Source: Marsupella aquatica (lineage: Eukaryota; Plantae; Marchantiophyta). Taken from it: 64,000 nucleotides of DNA. Shown one piece after another: positions 26,372 through 40,038 of this stretch (positions within the stretch are counted from its first letter, which is position 1; each line of letters begins with the position of its first letter). The notes under the pieces were generated by a model. That model made no database searches and was not told the origin of the DNA. It saw nothing but the letters and a program-made list of their open reading frames with translations. Both the position numbers and the translations under genes were made by a program. The DNA is taken from NCBI GenBank assembly GCA_973895155.1, contig OZ316896.1, forward strand, positions 22,525,722 to 22,589,721, in the 5' to 3' direction.

Positions 26372-27961
26372 AGGGGGTCCGAGGCCTAAGAACGTCGTAG
26401 GTGATGGGGAGACATTTATATAGTGAGACCTGCGAGTCCGGTTTCCAAAGCCTCTTATAGTCTATGTCATCACTAGGGCATTTCTTCCTAGGAAGACCAC
26501 CACGTTGAGGGGGAGTGGTGGATCTTGCCACCTAGCGCCCTCACCAATCCCGACACCCACGCCTAAGTGCCCCTGGTGCCCGAACGCTTCCACAGAATCT
26601 CTCGAGCAAGCAACCTAGTGCCCCTTGCACCACCAGCGGCCCCTCCCATACGAAGCCGCACTTGCTCTCAAACACGACCGCTACTCAACGGTCTTCATAG
26701 TGTGCACAAGAAACCAAACGCCTTGGTAAGTAACCCTTTAGGATCTAGAACTTCCAAGTCTAGCATCCTAACTCAAGCTCAACAAACATTGGTAAATAGG
26801 TCAGTGATAGGTCCTCCCGATGCCATAAACCGAAACCAGAACCAACGCCCATTGTTTGTCCAGAACAACTCCTTCCTTGGGCACGGCCCGGGTTCCCCTT
26901 TGTATCTATCCATCACCAACTGACCGCCCTGACCCTAGGACATGCTCATGGCCTAAATAGCGTAGCTTGTCCTAAACTTGTCCCAACACGTTGGGATTAG
27001 AATGGCCCCGACTCTAGCAACCAACTCCCAGTTCTCACCCCACTGATGGTCTAGGGGCCAAGCACCCTTGGAATTCAACCTCCATGCCTACTTGGCCTTG
27101 CCTCCCCAATGCAAGCTCCCTTGGGAGACTGAATATGGCTTGGCTGCTATTTCGGTAGGATTTGGCAAGCGGGCGAGATAACACCCGCAAACCTCAAGAA
27201 CCTACGGTGCCCCAGACCCAGCTGAGCTTAGGAGGCTATAGCCCTCCTCGAGAGCTTTCCAACGCCCCCAAGAAGTCCTCCAACAGACTTCCCGTTGGGA
27301 AGATATCGCTGTTTCCATTTGACGTTTTCTCTTAGTGTCGCGACCGCCCTGACTCACGACTTCGGCTCGCCCTTAGCCCTCAGGGAGACACCACTCCCCT
27401 CATATATGCTTTTGGAGACCTGCCACCCCCGGACCAACTTTGGTCCCTAAACGTTTGGACCCCAACCCGGACCCTATCCTGCATAAATGGGCGCCCCACC
27501 AACTGGCAACGCCCATAACTTTCTTGTTAGGCGTTCGCAAGTAGAGTGCCTTAGCCCGTTGTGACCGGGCTGACCCAATGCTCATGCCTAGGCCCTTAGA
27601 TCTCATCGCCGCTTGGGGCCCTCAATCGGCCAAACCTGGATCGGGCCATAACTCGCGCCCCAAGCGTCCGTTGCCCATGGCGTCAACACCATTGGTCTTG
27701 GGCCCAAGAAGAGCTCTCACTCAAGCGACCTTGAGTCCAGTCATTTTCCCCTTGACCCGACCAGCTCTCAGCTAGCCTAAGTCCTTAGTGTGTGTCACCA
27801 GCTTGGCGCCTTGCCTTCGCCAGTGCCACGTTTCATTGCCCACAAGTCTCCCCATGCTAAGTCTTCCCCAGATGGCCTATCCGGGCCGGGACCATAAGGG
27901 AGCTTGGCGTCGGAGTCAACGATGCTGGAGCTAAGTGTTAAGGTAGTCGAGTTCCGCGACT
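26372..27961 (-). mobile_element. Partial solo LTR of the chromovirus family at 58634-64000
   Basis: 26513-27961 aligns colinearly with 58634-60118; no internal domains adjacent. Left boundary approximate. Confidence 0.85.
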
Positions 27962-29485
27962 GGGGGCTGCTTCCGCTGGTGTGAGAGACGATGACGTGGG
28001 TCATGCATCCTCTGTAGACATGGTGCAAAAATATAGTCTTTATCGCATTTACCTAAAATCTCATGAGGTGAAAAAAGGTCAGATGTCAAACATAGAAGTG
28101 TGCAGCATATGTGAATATAAAAATAATAACAAACAACAATGACTATGTATTGACAGTGCATAAATAATGTAAAAGGCCCATTTATTCCCTCTTTATGCAC
28201 CTTTTATCTTGTGGCCGATTGATACAGGTTTTATCTCATGGTCTCCGCATAATACTTTATCTTAGCTCCCCTTCACATACCAAGCGCACATTCTTTCTAG
28301 AAAAATAGTCACATTGTTGAGAGCCTACAATACTCCCCTTCTTCTTACAAGTGTGCACATACGGTTTACAAAAAGCAGATTGTCAAAACACTAGCTAGTC
28401 CCCTACTTATGAGTGTGACTCTATTTAAAAAAAAAGATTAAAAAACCACACAGATTGTCGAAAGCCTCATTGCTTCTGACCGTGCACTTACAATCAAAAT
28501 GACGGTAAAACGGCGTGCGTTCCTTTCGACTGTAGCAGACCCACTTACAATCAAAACAACAGTAAAACGACGCATGTTCCTTTTGACTCTAGGCACACGT
28601 TCCTCTCGACTGTAGGGAGTGTTCCTTTCGACCCACAATGTTTTGCACCTTTGCGTCACAAAATGTAATGCGCATGCGACGGCGCCTCCCAACATTCAAC
28701 TCGCCACCTTTCGTTCACGAATGAAACGCACTACCAAAAAGCCGTCTGGGCTGGTCGATGACATTGTGTAAGTACTTGTATTCATATTGGTGCGCAGCGC
28801 CGGCTTCAGAACTATTGTAGCGTAGGATGCATCCTCATCTTTCCACCTACCACCGCTATCCTGTAAGAGACAAATTTCAAAAGGCAAGGGGTGTGTGACC
28901 AACAGTGCCGGTGGGCTCGATCCTAGGATCTCCTGGGTAGCAAAGTACGAGATAACCGGTTGAGCCATCCAGGCTGATCGACTAATGTTGGAATGATCGA
29001 CTAATGTCGGAATGCAGTAATATATGAACAGATGTTCAGTTCAGAGTAGCCCACACCTCCTGGTGTCCGTGACGCCAATGCTTGCTTTCCTTTCCTGGGC
29101 ATTCCTTGCGGCACGGCCATCAACTCAACTCACCCTCTCACATTAGTCCCGGCCCTCCCCTTGCCAAATGTCATCCATCCTGTCAAGGTTACCAGGTGTT
29201 TGGTGAGTTCGAAGGCTTCACTGACCCCCTCCTCCATCGCTCAGGGAATCTCCCTGCACATCCCCGCCCCGTCCTGGCCAAAGGCCTTTGCTCAAGCGTA
29301 GGGCCCAAATGGGCACAGTCTCAAACCCACGACCTCTCCATTGGCAGGGAACAATGCAACCACCGGGCTTTAACAACGTGATGCACACAGAGCGAAGCCA
29401 GTTGTATATAAACAGGTATGAACCCGGTAAGAAGGCCTGGCAAAGCCCGGCTGCTCCAGGGCAATCCTGCCCACAAACACTTTAT

Positions 29486-29580
29486 TGGCAGATCCTACTG
29501 AAACGCGACCTGGTGCTGTGTATAATGAGAGGCTACGGCAGATCCTACTGACCTGGTGCTGTGTATACTGAGAGGCTACG
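29486..29580. repeat. Short two-copy tandem repeat
   Basis: ggcagatcctactga...cctggtgctgtgtata.tgagaggctacg occurs twice. Confidence 0.8.
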
Positions 29581-29897
29581 AGTTACCCGTAGCCTCTTAT
29601 AGTGGCAGGTGTGGTTTAATGTGAATCTAATGGTTTAGTTAGGCAGTCGTGATTTCAGGTATTCTTCGTTTTTGCTAGTGTCCAAACCTTCCTGATTTCC
29701 GTGACATCTTTAATCATATTTTTCACACCTAAATACTGATTACACCTAAAGACAAGATTCATGGTTTCATGCAACATTTTTTGTATCAATAGTCACCACA
29801 AATAATGTGAGCTGATTTACACAATTTGTATTATTGGTAACAATAATTGAATCACTATTAGTAAGACTACTTCAAGATGGATTCAAATCTCTGTGAC

Positions 29898-32800
29898 CTA
29901 CACAATTAGTGTACTTCTGTGAGCTACGCAATTAGTGTTACTAACACTAACTCCAGTAAGCAGTTTGGTTCTAAATTCCAGAACACAATCAAAATCCACT
30001 GGCATGTCTACCCTGTGGGAGACCACAACCATATCATCAACTATTCGAGCGCAAGGTTTGTTGTAAGAAATTACAAGCTGATATCGAACGTTCAATTCTA
30101 AAAGCATATCGGGCTCAAGATCTTCATGTATATTTCCCTCAAAAACCACTGGATCATCAGTGTCTGCAAAGTGAAGACCAAGGGCATCACGACAACTCCT
30201 CTGTAAATCATAGAGAATACGATTTTGAACATGACACTGTAACTCTAAAGTTGTACTGAATCCCCGTTCAGTACCTTTGGGATAATTTGGCGAGACTTCC
30301 ATCCACACAAGGTCATCCCGCCTTCCTGGTTGACCATTTTCGGAAAGCAACTCACAAGTTTCAAGCACTCGAAGACATTCGCGCCAATTGTCTGACTTTC
30401 GAACGAACAGGTTTATTGGTTCGGCAGAATCCTCTGTGCCTTCGCTATGTTTGATACAGGCATCCACATTAACGCGCACACATCTCAAAACCGCTGTATT
30501 GGTTTGTGGATGCGCGTCTCCTCCCATGCTTACGGCTCCTTCGATCTTTGAAAACTTAATACATACTGTCTGGTGGCCATGATCACTTTTGTGGCAACAG
30601 CTGAAAGTGGTATTTACACTTACAGTTAGAGAGACCTTGCTCGATTCACTTGGGGAAGAAAACTGGTCAACTGTTGGCATTGATATTCTTTTGTCAGCTC
30701 CGGTTCGCATACATAGTCCTTCACGTTTCTTTGGCATGGTGATGTAGGAGTCCCCAACTGCTCGCCTTGTTGAAAACGAAGATGTAGATGGCTCGGGTGT
30801 CCCAGGGGGTGAACAAGAAACCGTTAAATGTTGCGGACGCCATGGACACTTCACATCTCGTTTCTGGCCTGCAACACCCGAATTCGCATCTTCACGTTAT
30901 TGCTACCAATTCTTACCTTCAAGTCTCTATAACCACTAACAGTCAATGGCCAAGTTCTCCGGTCCAAGTAACATGTCAATCTCTTGTTTATCCTCAGATG
31001 AGAACAGGGTTCGGAACTTCCCGATACTAAATGAGGTCTCCAAGCACACTGAACAGTTGTAACAATCCCAAGGTTGGTTGACTTTGGTGGAACTTACAAA
31101 CGATCATATCCACACGACCTTACAGCATAATAGTGACGTTCAACTTGAGAAATTCTGAGCAGTTGGAAGGTACGTATTGTACGTCTAATTTAGAGTACAT
31201 TGACATCTTATTCGCACGGGATTATTCTCAAACCGAACATAGATAGGCTCACTTACTTTCTTGAATCGTACTTATCACAGCAGAAGTTTCATTGTCATCC
31301 ATTTTGGAGCCATGCAGGTTATTTGCAGAGGAACTCCCGCTTCTTTGAAATGTCGTTGAGCTTTCCGCACCACCGACAATACCCTTCTTCTGAGATGAGC
31401 TCAAGCTTTCACTCCGATTGGTTGGATTGCTATGAACATGACCTCGTAGCCTCTCATAGTAAGTTTTTGTGCTTGTCTGGCGTATTTGTGAGTACCCAGC
31501 TTTTGAAAGGACAGACCGTAGATCCTCCATTTCGTCATCAGATAGAGTAGAAATCCACTGGTTGCTTACAGAATAGTTGCCCGTGCTAGTATGCTTCACT
31601 GCTGTCTTGACGGATTCTAACACATCATTAGAATCGGCATTGCGAGGCGCCTTTCTCTTGTAAGGGAGGCTCTTTGGGACATCCACGCAGGTAGGCTTCT
31701 CAGGTTGCTCCGGAGCTGACTGTATTTCATCTTCAAAAGAGAAAGTACCCAATTGAGGATCAACAAAATCACCTGGACAAGCATTCAAACTACGAAAGTC
31801 AGATACTATCAAAATAATCATTCAAAACAAAGTTGCTCAAGAAAGAGAGAAATACGCCGTTGAATTGAATGGTGGCATCCTCATGTCTCTATTCGATCCT
31901 GGAATAGAGGTTCTTCAAACTAGAGAGCTCCAATTCCTGGGTACAATAATTCTTGGATGGAACGAGGAAACCTTGAGCTCAATCCGACCAAAAAGTCTAA
32001 AACATAGGAATGAAATTCACTTCATTTTTTGCAGGATGTCTGTCTCATCGATTTCCTTTCAAAAATGTCATTATGATCGACGCATTCAACATCATCCAAC
32101 TGCGTGCTCGCCAAGATTGGAAGTAAAATAAGACTTACTTGTTCGGACCATTTGGCTTGCCAAGTGGAATTGTTTTTCAGCAGTATCTGCGTACTGTTCA
32201 ATCTTGCCCACGCAGCCACTGTCGTTAGATACTACCGCCTTATTCACATCTTCACGGCGAAAATCATTATTTTCAGTTGCGCATGATGGATCATTGCATA
32301 TAGTTAAAACATGCACGCCGTCATCGATTCTCTCGTAAACCATTGTGGTATCAGTGTGATAAATTTCTGTATACCCAGTTCTCCGAAGCACTGACATTAA
32401 TGCGGCCTTTTCATGCTTGTCAAGACCGAGCATCCATTCCTTGCTCACAAAGTAACCATCTCGACCGCCATTCTTGACTTCTGTTTGAAATTCTTCGAGC
32501 TCCGATCGCTCCTACAAAAGGAACGCAATATCGCCGTCAATCCAAATTCCTTACCACTAATAAGAGCAATCTACGCAACTAGTTTCCGATAATTTCACAA
32601 TGCTCAAACACAATTTGATGTCTACAACCAGAATCTGAAAGCGTGAGAACCAACTCCATAAACAGATAAAAACAAACTCCGACTGAATCCTTATTCTTTG
32701 TGATCACGTTTTTAGCGCATTCTTGTTGGCTTTTGCAGCGTCAAGAGTTATCAAAAAAGAGTATATGATAGCGTTTTCCATTTGCGAGCCCAATCTTTGC

Positions 32801-35800
32801 AGTACCGAGTCACACAGGAACGGACAGAAAGACACATGAAGCCCGAATCCCTCCGTCGATGGTACATGCCACGCTCCTGGTCTCCTCATCTCCGTGCTTC
32901 TGTCTCCACGAGAACAGAAGTTCTTTCCCAAACTATCGGGTACATTCTTCAATGCGCTGCAGTCCTCAAGTATCACTGTTCTCAGGGATGACATGCGCCC
33001 TAAACTGTCCGGAAGGGTCATTAAATTTCCACAATGTTCAATCCGAAGGACTTCGAGAGACCCAAGGTTACCAAGTTCTTCCGGAAAACTGCGCAGCATT
33101 TCCGCCCGAACAGTCAGCTTCTCCAGCGCCCGAAGCTGCCCTATGCTGACCGGGAACCGTTGCAACCTATCCGCCCATATATACAAATCTTCCAGTGAAC
33201 AGAGGTTCCCCAAACTGTCCGGTAGCTCCTGAAGGTGGTCGACATGTTTTATGATTAAGATCTTCAGAGACGAGAGCTGGCCAAAACTATCTGGCAATCG
33301 TTGTAATTGTACGCAGTCAACCAACTCCAGTTCTTGCAGGGCATGGAGAAGACCAAAACTGTCGGGCAGTCCTTTAAGGTTTGGACAGTGCTCCAGACTT
33401 AGCAGTGTGAGAGAAACTAAGTTCCCAAAGTCGTCGGGTAGCGCCTCTAGCTCGTTGATGTCTTCCATGGTAAATTCTTTCAGAGCCCTGAGTTGACCAA
33501 AATTGGCAGGAAATCCCTGTAATTTTCCACAGCTTTGTAACTTTAATTCTTGCAAGGCCGAGAGATTCCCGAAACTTGCCGGCAATCTTTCAAGCCTGTT
33601 ACAGTCGTGGAGATGCAAATGTGTAAGGGTACGCAAATTCCCAAAGCTTTCAGGTAGGACCACCAGGCGCTCAGCATGTTTTATGATCAGTCTCTCCAGA
33701 GACTTGAATTCGCCAATACTTTCCGGCAGCATCATTAGTCGCGTACACCCAATCAGCTCAAGCTCTTGCAAGGACGAAAGAAACTCAAAACTTGCAGGCA
33801 GCCTGTCTAGACTGTCACACGCTTCTAGAGATAGAGATCTAAGGGACGATAAGCTCTCATGCAAGTAGAATTGTCTCCTTTCCGTAGTCTGTTGACTGCT
33901 AAGGCTCCCGCAACCTATGATGCGCAGATCCGTCAGCGAAGAGAGGCTCCCAAACGATTCGGGCAGACTTGCAAGCATGGAACAATTGAGAATGACTAAT
34001 GTTGCCAGGGAAGAGAGACTCCCAAACGATTCGGGCAGACTTGCAAGCATGGAACAATTGAGAATGACTAATGTTGCCAGGGAAGAGAGACTCCCAAAAG
34101 ATTCGGGCAGCTCCACAAGTTCTGACATCCCGGATAAGAGCAAAACTTTGAGGGCCGAAAGGTTGCCGAATGAATGCGGCAGTGCAGTGAACCTGACCTC
34201 AGTCAACTCCAACCGTTTCAGTTGGTACAGATTACCAAAATTGTCAGGCAGACGGGAAGGCCCCCGTATATCATAGAGAGATAAAATGCGCAGGTTGCTG
34301 AGCTTCCCCAACGCTTCAAGACTTTCCTCCGGCATCTCCCAGCCTTCGAGCTGTAAGACAGCTAAGTTATTCATGTCCTCCAGACTGATAGGGAGGAGGG
34401 GCCACTGCTGGTAAATCGGAGGAGTGCATCTTAGTAAGCAAAGCTTCCTTGATAAGGTTTCGCTGGAGCCTTCGGGTAAAATATGAACCAGCTCCAAGTA
34501 CTTCAGTCGTTCCAACTTATCCAGCAGTCCTAACTGGAACCTTTGGATTGGACCGCGGAGTTGCAGAATACTTGTCTGCGACAAAGTACGTCTCAAATAA
34601 GACTTCTTTTACCGAAAAGGTTCAATACTTGAGCAGTGATTAAACTATTGGAGTCTTCATTGAAAACAGATATTCTGACCTGAAATTTAATCCCTTTGGA
34701 AAACATTATTTATTCATTTTTTACCGCTTCAAGAAAACTCTACAGACTCTTGGCAGTGCTATTCTTCAATTGCATACTGATTTTAAAGTTGCTTCAGAAA
34801 CTTACCGCATTTGCATTGAGAAGATCCACTGCTCTGTCCTCATGTCCAATACACATTGATATGATGGCCCCCTTGGAGATACGACGGCCCAAATCACGCA
34901 GCTGGTCGTGGACCCACACTTCCTTGTACTTGATGTCCTTCTGCCAGGTCTCATCCCATTCAGTTTTGTCGACTTCCTTCACCAAAAATGTCCTGAGCAA
35001 CTTGGCCCACCTCATTTGTGAATATCCATAAGAAGTGCTCCAAGCAGCAAGGGCTATCTCTACCGGCTGCCCAAAAAAATGAGTCCCTGCTTCGATGAAC
35101 ATTCCTTTCTCTTCCGGCGACAGAGCATCATAGCTCACCCTCAATGAACTCCACAGTCGGTCATTAGGATGTCCGTCAACAGATTGAGCTTTTCCGAGAT
35201 TCTCTAATGTCTCCTTCCAGAGCCTAGCATTAGTCTCGTGACCCCTAAGATAGCACCCCACTACTTCGAGCGTCAATGGTAAGCCGGCGCATTTGTCAAC
35301 CACTTTCTTGACGTCTTCTTCCAAATGACGATTCACCTCGATAAGTTCGGCCGGAATTCCTTCTTGCTGAAATGCGTGGTGGCAGAAGAGCTTCATCGCC
35401 TCTTCAGACTGGAGAAAATCAACTTCGTAGATGGCACAATTTGGAAACATATCCAGAACGCCTTCATCACGAGTGGTAAAGATCAGTTGACTGCCACTTC
35501 CAAACTCATCCAATCTAGGCAGAATTCTGACTTGAACTTCGGAGTCAACATCATCCATCGCGATCAGAGACTTCTTCATCTGAACATCGGACCATTGCAA
35601 GGCATTGTCGTCCACCCTACTTCCATTCCGACGAAAAAGGCCGAGTACCCGCTCACTTAATTTGTGCACTTCAATGCCTTTGACATTGTCCACAAAGCAT
35701 GTATACTCAAATTGTGGAGAGATATTATTAAAAATCTGCTTGGCAATCGTGGTTTTCCCGATGCCACCCATACCCACAATTCCTAGAACAGGAATATTTG

Positions 35801-37467
35801 CGAACTTCTGTTGAACCTCGAAAACACGCCTCTCCAAAGCCGTAGGATAATGTGGGAGCCCGTACACCATTGCCTGGAAAGATCGATACAATAAGTTAAG
35901 TCACATATGATTTTGTTAAGGTAGTTAAGAAAATTGTCTGGAGTGACAGAAAGTTGTCGGACACACTTTCTTCCTCTTCCTCGCTTGGTGGTGTTAGTAG
36001 TGACCTTCTTCTGCAGGTGTCGAAGCTACCTTATAATCAATACTCCGTAGCGGTTAGCCGAGAGACTCTGAAGTCGCATACAGTACTCCTTTCTAACCGT
36101 GGGACTCTGATGGTAGTGCCTGATTGCGATAAATTCAGATGGCACATGCAAGAACTCTATCAAATTTGTATCTTATCAAATGTCTTCTACTTCGGTACTA
36201 CCAGAAGATCTCTATAAAGCCTGGAAGAATTTCCAACAGGCTTTTGAAGTATAAAATGCTAGGATTACAATTGACGTCAACTTGACGCAAAGTACAACTT
36301 TGACATAGATTTGCCAAGCGGAACACACTTTCCAGTTTGCAATAATCTGTCCAGACTGGAACGAATGAGAGCTATGCCTACAGTAGTTTACTGCTTCAGA
36401 GAAAAAAACGGTAAAGAGCTCTAAACATGAAGGTTCACTTTTTAAAATAATGGTTACCCAGGTAGTCTTGAGAAGGAACAAATTTTCATCAGCCAATGGA
36501 CATCGTTGTTTTTTCTGATGGTGATGGTAGTCGATGCAGTCATCGAACACATCTGAACAGAACGGTAAGTTGCAGTAGAAAAACACCACTCCAACAATAC
36601 AATCTATTTCAGGGATCGAGGTACTGCACCTTTCAAGTCCGTGTTATTTCCAAACTGGATTTTTCTGAATAAATGCATATGTAAAGGATTCTTTACATTA
36701 TTACTAGATTTGGCAAATATATCAGTTTTTCATATCAATTCATTCCATCAAGTTAAAGTGGAACTACATCTTACCGATTTGGTTCGAGGATCTTCTCCGA
36801 GTCCTGCAATTTGCCACATCTTGTATTGTCCATGTTGTCCGCAAAGATTGTCGAAATCAAAATTGACTCTTGCTCTTTGTGTACTAAGAGTTTTCACATA
36901 TTCCAGTAAAGGACCTTCAGCAACAAAACGTTCAGCTAAGTGGTCAAAGACTCCTTGATGCGGTGTAGAATAGAAATATATCGCCTTCAAATTTTCCAGA
37001 AATGTAGTTAGTTGAATCTTTTTCTCAGAGTTTCTCTTCCAGCGGCCTGTCTTGCTTGATGCATACCCGCATATCTGCTTTATCACTAAGCCGCCAAAAT
37101 TGTGACCAACCAATACGACAGGGCGGCAGGGTTCTTGTCCTATGTTTGCGTTCAGCAAATCTGATGTCAAGTTCTGACTAATGAGATGCATGTCAATCGT
37201 TCCACCTTCACAACTCTTAAGGACACTAGCATCGTAAGAAACAGACAGAATGCGGGCATCAGGAAACTTCTGCACCAGCCAAGTTTGTGGCCAAATGGAC
37301 GATCCGTGTCCACATTTCCACGTAGACCAATGGTTATCTTCAAAATCCCCGCGTTCCAACCCATGGAAAAATACGACTTCCACGCTTGGTTCGCCGCGTG
37401 GTCTATATAATTCGTACACAGAGTCATTCAATTGAGACACCTGATAACGCAAACCCAAGTGGTCCAT
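29898..37467 (-). CDS. Alpha/beta-hydrolase-NB-ARC-LRR (HNL) immune receptor with C-terminal extension; exons 37467-36775, 35873-34806, 34575-32806, 32511-32139, 31772-31257, 30868-29898 (~1796 aa)
   Basis: VVFFHG/WPQTWL/ILSVSYD/GHNFGG/YSTPHQG hydrolase; GMGGIGKTT, MDDVD, TTRD, GLPL, VHD NB-ARC motifs; 24-aa LPxSFGxLxxL LRRs. All five introns are GT-AG with matching phases 0,0,0,1,1. Confidence 0.88.
33947..34090. repeat. Perfect 72-bp tandem duplication adding one LRR unit
   Basis: LPESFGSLSSLATLVILNCSMLAS is encoded twice in copy 2 and once in copy 1. Confidence 0.92.
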
Positions 37468-39399
37468 TTTACTAACCTGTGCACAATTTGGTACAGAATG
37501 CCAAATCAGTTGGGGTAAGATTGAATAATTTCCAAAGATGAGACACTGAGACGAGGCAGACTGTAAATCTTGCTACCCATGTGACAAAAGAAGCACGGTT
37601 TAGGTCCGAACGGCAATTGAGAAATTCAAAACATGGAACCATTCACAAGCTCGTAAAGAGAGATCACCACCAAGGACTGTGCATAATACAAGTATTACCA
37701 TGGGCCGGTTTACAAAAACTCATAGCGATAAGGCGCAAAAGTTGCAGAAAGCTCGACGTAAATCTTGCAGCAAGCTCCGCAAGTACTTCGCGGACGTATT
37801 GGTTCGGAATAACTGCAGACATTCAGGGCATGTAATCGTGGATCGCCGGCTATTGGATGAAAACAGAATGGTCCGGGGATGCAGCAGGGTCACTTTAACT
37901 CTTATTGATGCATCGACGTGTTGTCTTGTCCTGCTTAGAAGTCGTAGACTTGGCAGAAGCCCCGAAGTTGGCGTTGACGCACATCTTTCCCAGGAAGTAC
38001 AAAATGGATACGTTTTTACCGATCACACCTGCGGAAGTTTTTTGACTGTGCCAGTAATGGTCAGCAAACCCGCAGCAAGTAAGAAGTAACCACATTCTAC
38101 CAAAGAACGTTCTCGGGACACTATTCTTCGAAGCACCAAGGCTATGTTGTTGTCATAGATACATAGCACAGAAGTGGCCCCAACTGATCCAAGAAGTATT
38201 ATCTACGATTCCAAAGAAAGCTAGCCTATGTGTAGATTTCTTCAAACCAGCCCAGAATAAGCTGGCGGATGACCAGTTTTATAAAGTGAGTAAGTTTCCC
38301 CATGATACAAAAGTGACATACACCACAGAGAGCTAGAGGATGTAACTGGCGTCCGGAACTTAAAACGACATCCTTGTCCAATATCCAAATGGGAAGAGTA
38401 CAGACTGTACCTGCACCCACGAGAGGAGCTACCGCCAGTTAGATGAACAGGTTGGATCACCTGAAGAACCAGACCCACCGGAGGTTTCGAGTAGACAATT
38501 GAACACCCAGCTAAATCAAATCCGGGACCTCACAGTGAGCAGATTCACCTCCGCTGTCGGTTCTGGTATGGGACTGCCGAGAAGTCCAGCAGGATTGCAA
38601 TTACCTGCAGAGTTCGGATGCTGGTGACTAAACGAAACCTAATAAGCTTTTGGAACTTGCTGATTCACACACATCACGCAAACAACTACGGAGTAAAGCA
38701 TCAGCCAACAGATACCTTCTTCACTGGCAGCAAATCCGAACTGCAACATAAACCATTAAACGAGCATCTACTGCAGGCTTCCCCTCCCCTCCACGCTCAC
38801 CTTGCTCAGGCAAACTTGAACAGGGGTTCAACGCGGAGGGGGTACACCCTCACTGACTCGGAAGCCCGTTCATCTATTTGAACTTCTCCAGGCCATGGCA
38901 AATCCACCGAGATCGCGGGACTCACGAAATCTGCTCAGAAGCAGATGTAAAAGCAACAAGCAAAGAGCAGGTCTCACGCACTGGTCTCACTATGCAAGTA
39001 GATCTGTCCCATCAAGACAAGAAGAAGGCCATTACGGTGGGGTAGAAATAATTAATTAATCCATCACCTGACGCCATTCTTTGAAAACGGCAGTGCCTGT
39101 CCATCAATCTGACCGTCTCAAAAAGTATAGTGTAATCTTTGGTTTGTCCAGATTGTCTTCGCTTAGTTTAATATCTTCCCATACCGACAGTTTTCTAATC
39201 TCCAGAGCCCGTTTAATATGTGAACCAGTAGATAACGTTGCCAGAGTGCATTCAAGGAGTGTTCTATATTTATTGTTTTAAAATTATGTGCCCAAAGTAA
39301 TGTATAATCATCTATGGTAGTAAGATGATGTGACAAGCCAAAGAATGGCTTGTATCGAGCCAATTATAACTAATTAGCTCAATACTCGTGCATTGCACA

Positions 39400-39850
39400 A
39401 AAGATATCATAAAGAAAAAAGATGTCGTGATGCCCAAGATGGTGTTAAGAGAAAAGACATCATTAAGAGAAAAGATGTCATGTCACCCCAAGATGTCGTG
39501 AAGAGAAAAGATGTCACTACGCCAAAGATGTTGTTAAGTATAAAGTTGTTGTTAATGGTCCATAACTAAAAGGATGTTGTTAGTCATATATGTTGTCAAG
39601 TCTCCGTTGCACAAAAGACGTTGTTGCATAAATATGTAGTTGCATTTAAGATGTTAAATAAAAGATGTTGTTAAGTAAAACATGTGGTTTCAAAGATGTC
39701 ATTGAGCAAAAGATGTAGTTTACTAAAAGATGTGTAATAGATGACATTGTGCTAAAGATGTAATTGAAAAAATATTATGGTGCAAAAGATATCTTTGTTA
39801 GGATGATCTCATTGCATAAAAACAATTGTCGAGTGAAAGTTGTCATGACA
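39400..39850. repeat. Degenerate AT-rich minisatellite (aaaagatgtc/gttgtt)
   Basis: aaagatgt motif recurs about every 20 bp. Confidence 0.6.
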
Positions 39851-40038
39851 CAAAGAGAGGCAACAACCACCACCAAAGTACAACAAAATGAAAATGATTT
39901 TTTATTGTATTTGTCATTTATATCTTTTTAAACCTTAATACCCTTGCCGCCCCCCCCCCCCCTCTTTCTTTTTCCTTCTTTTTCATTATTTTTCTTGTCC
40001 TGTCCTTTTTATTAGATTGTGCGCTATTTTATTGATTA

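Larger units (their letters stand above)
29811..39040. repeat. Segmental duplication unit 2
   Basis: Partner of 245-8955. Confidence 0.95.

Noticed and set aside
31857-31996. Extra HNL exon between exons 4 and 5
   Set aside because: The phase-1 reading hits TAG, while direct splicing 32139 to 31772 is in frame.
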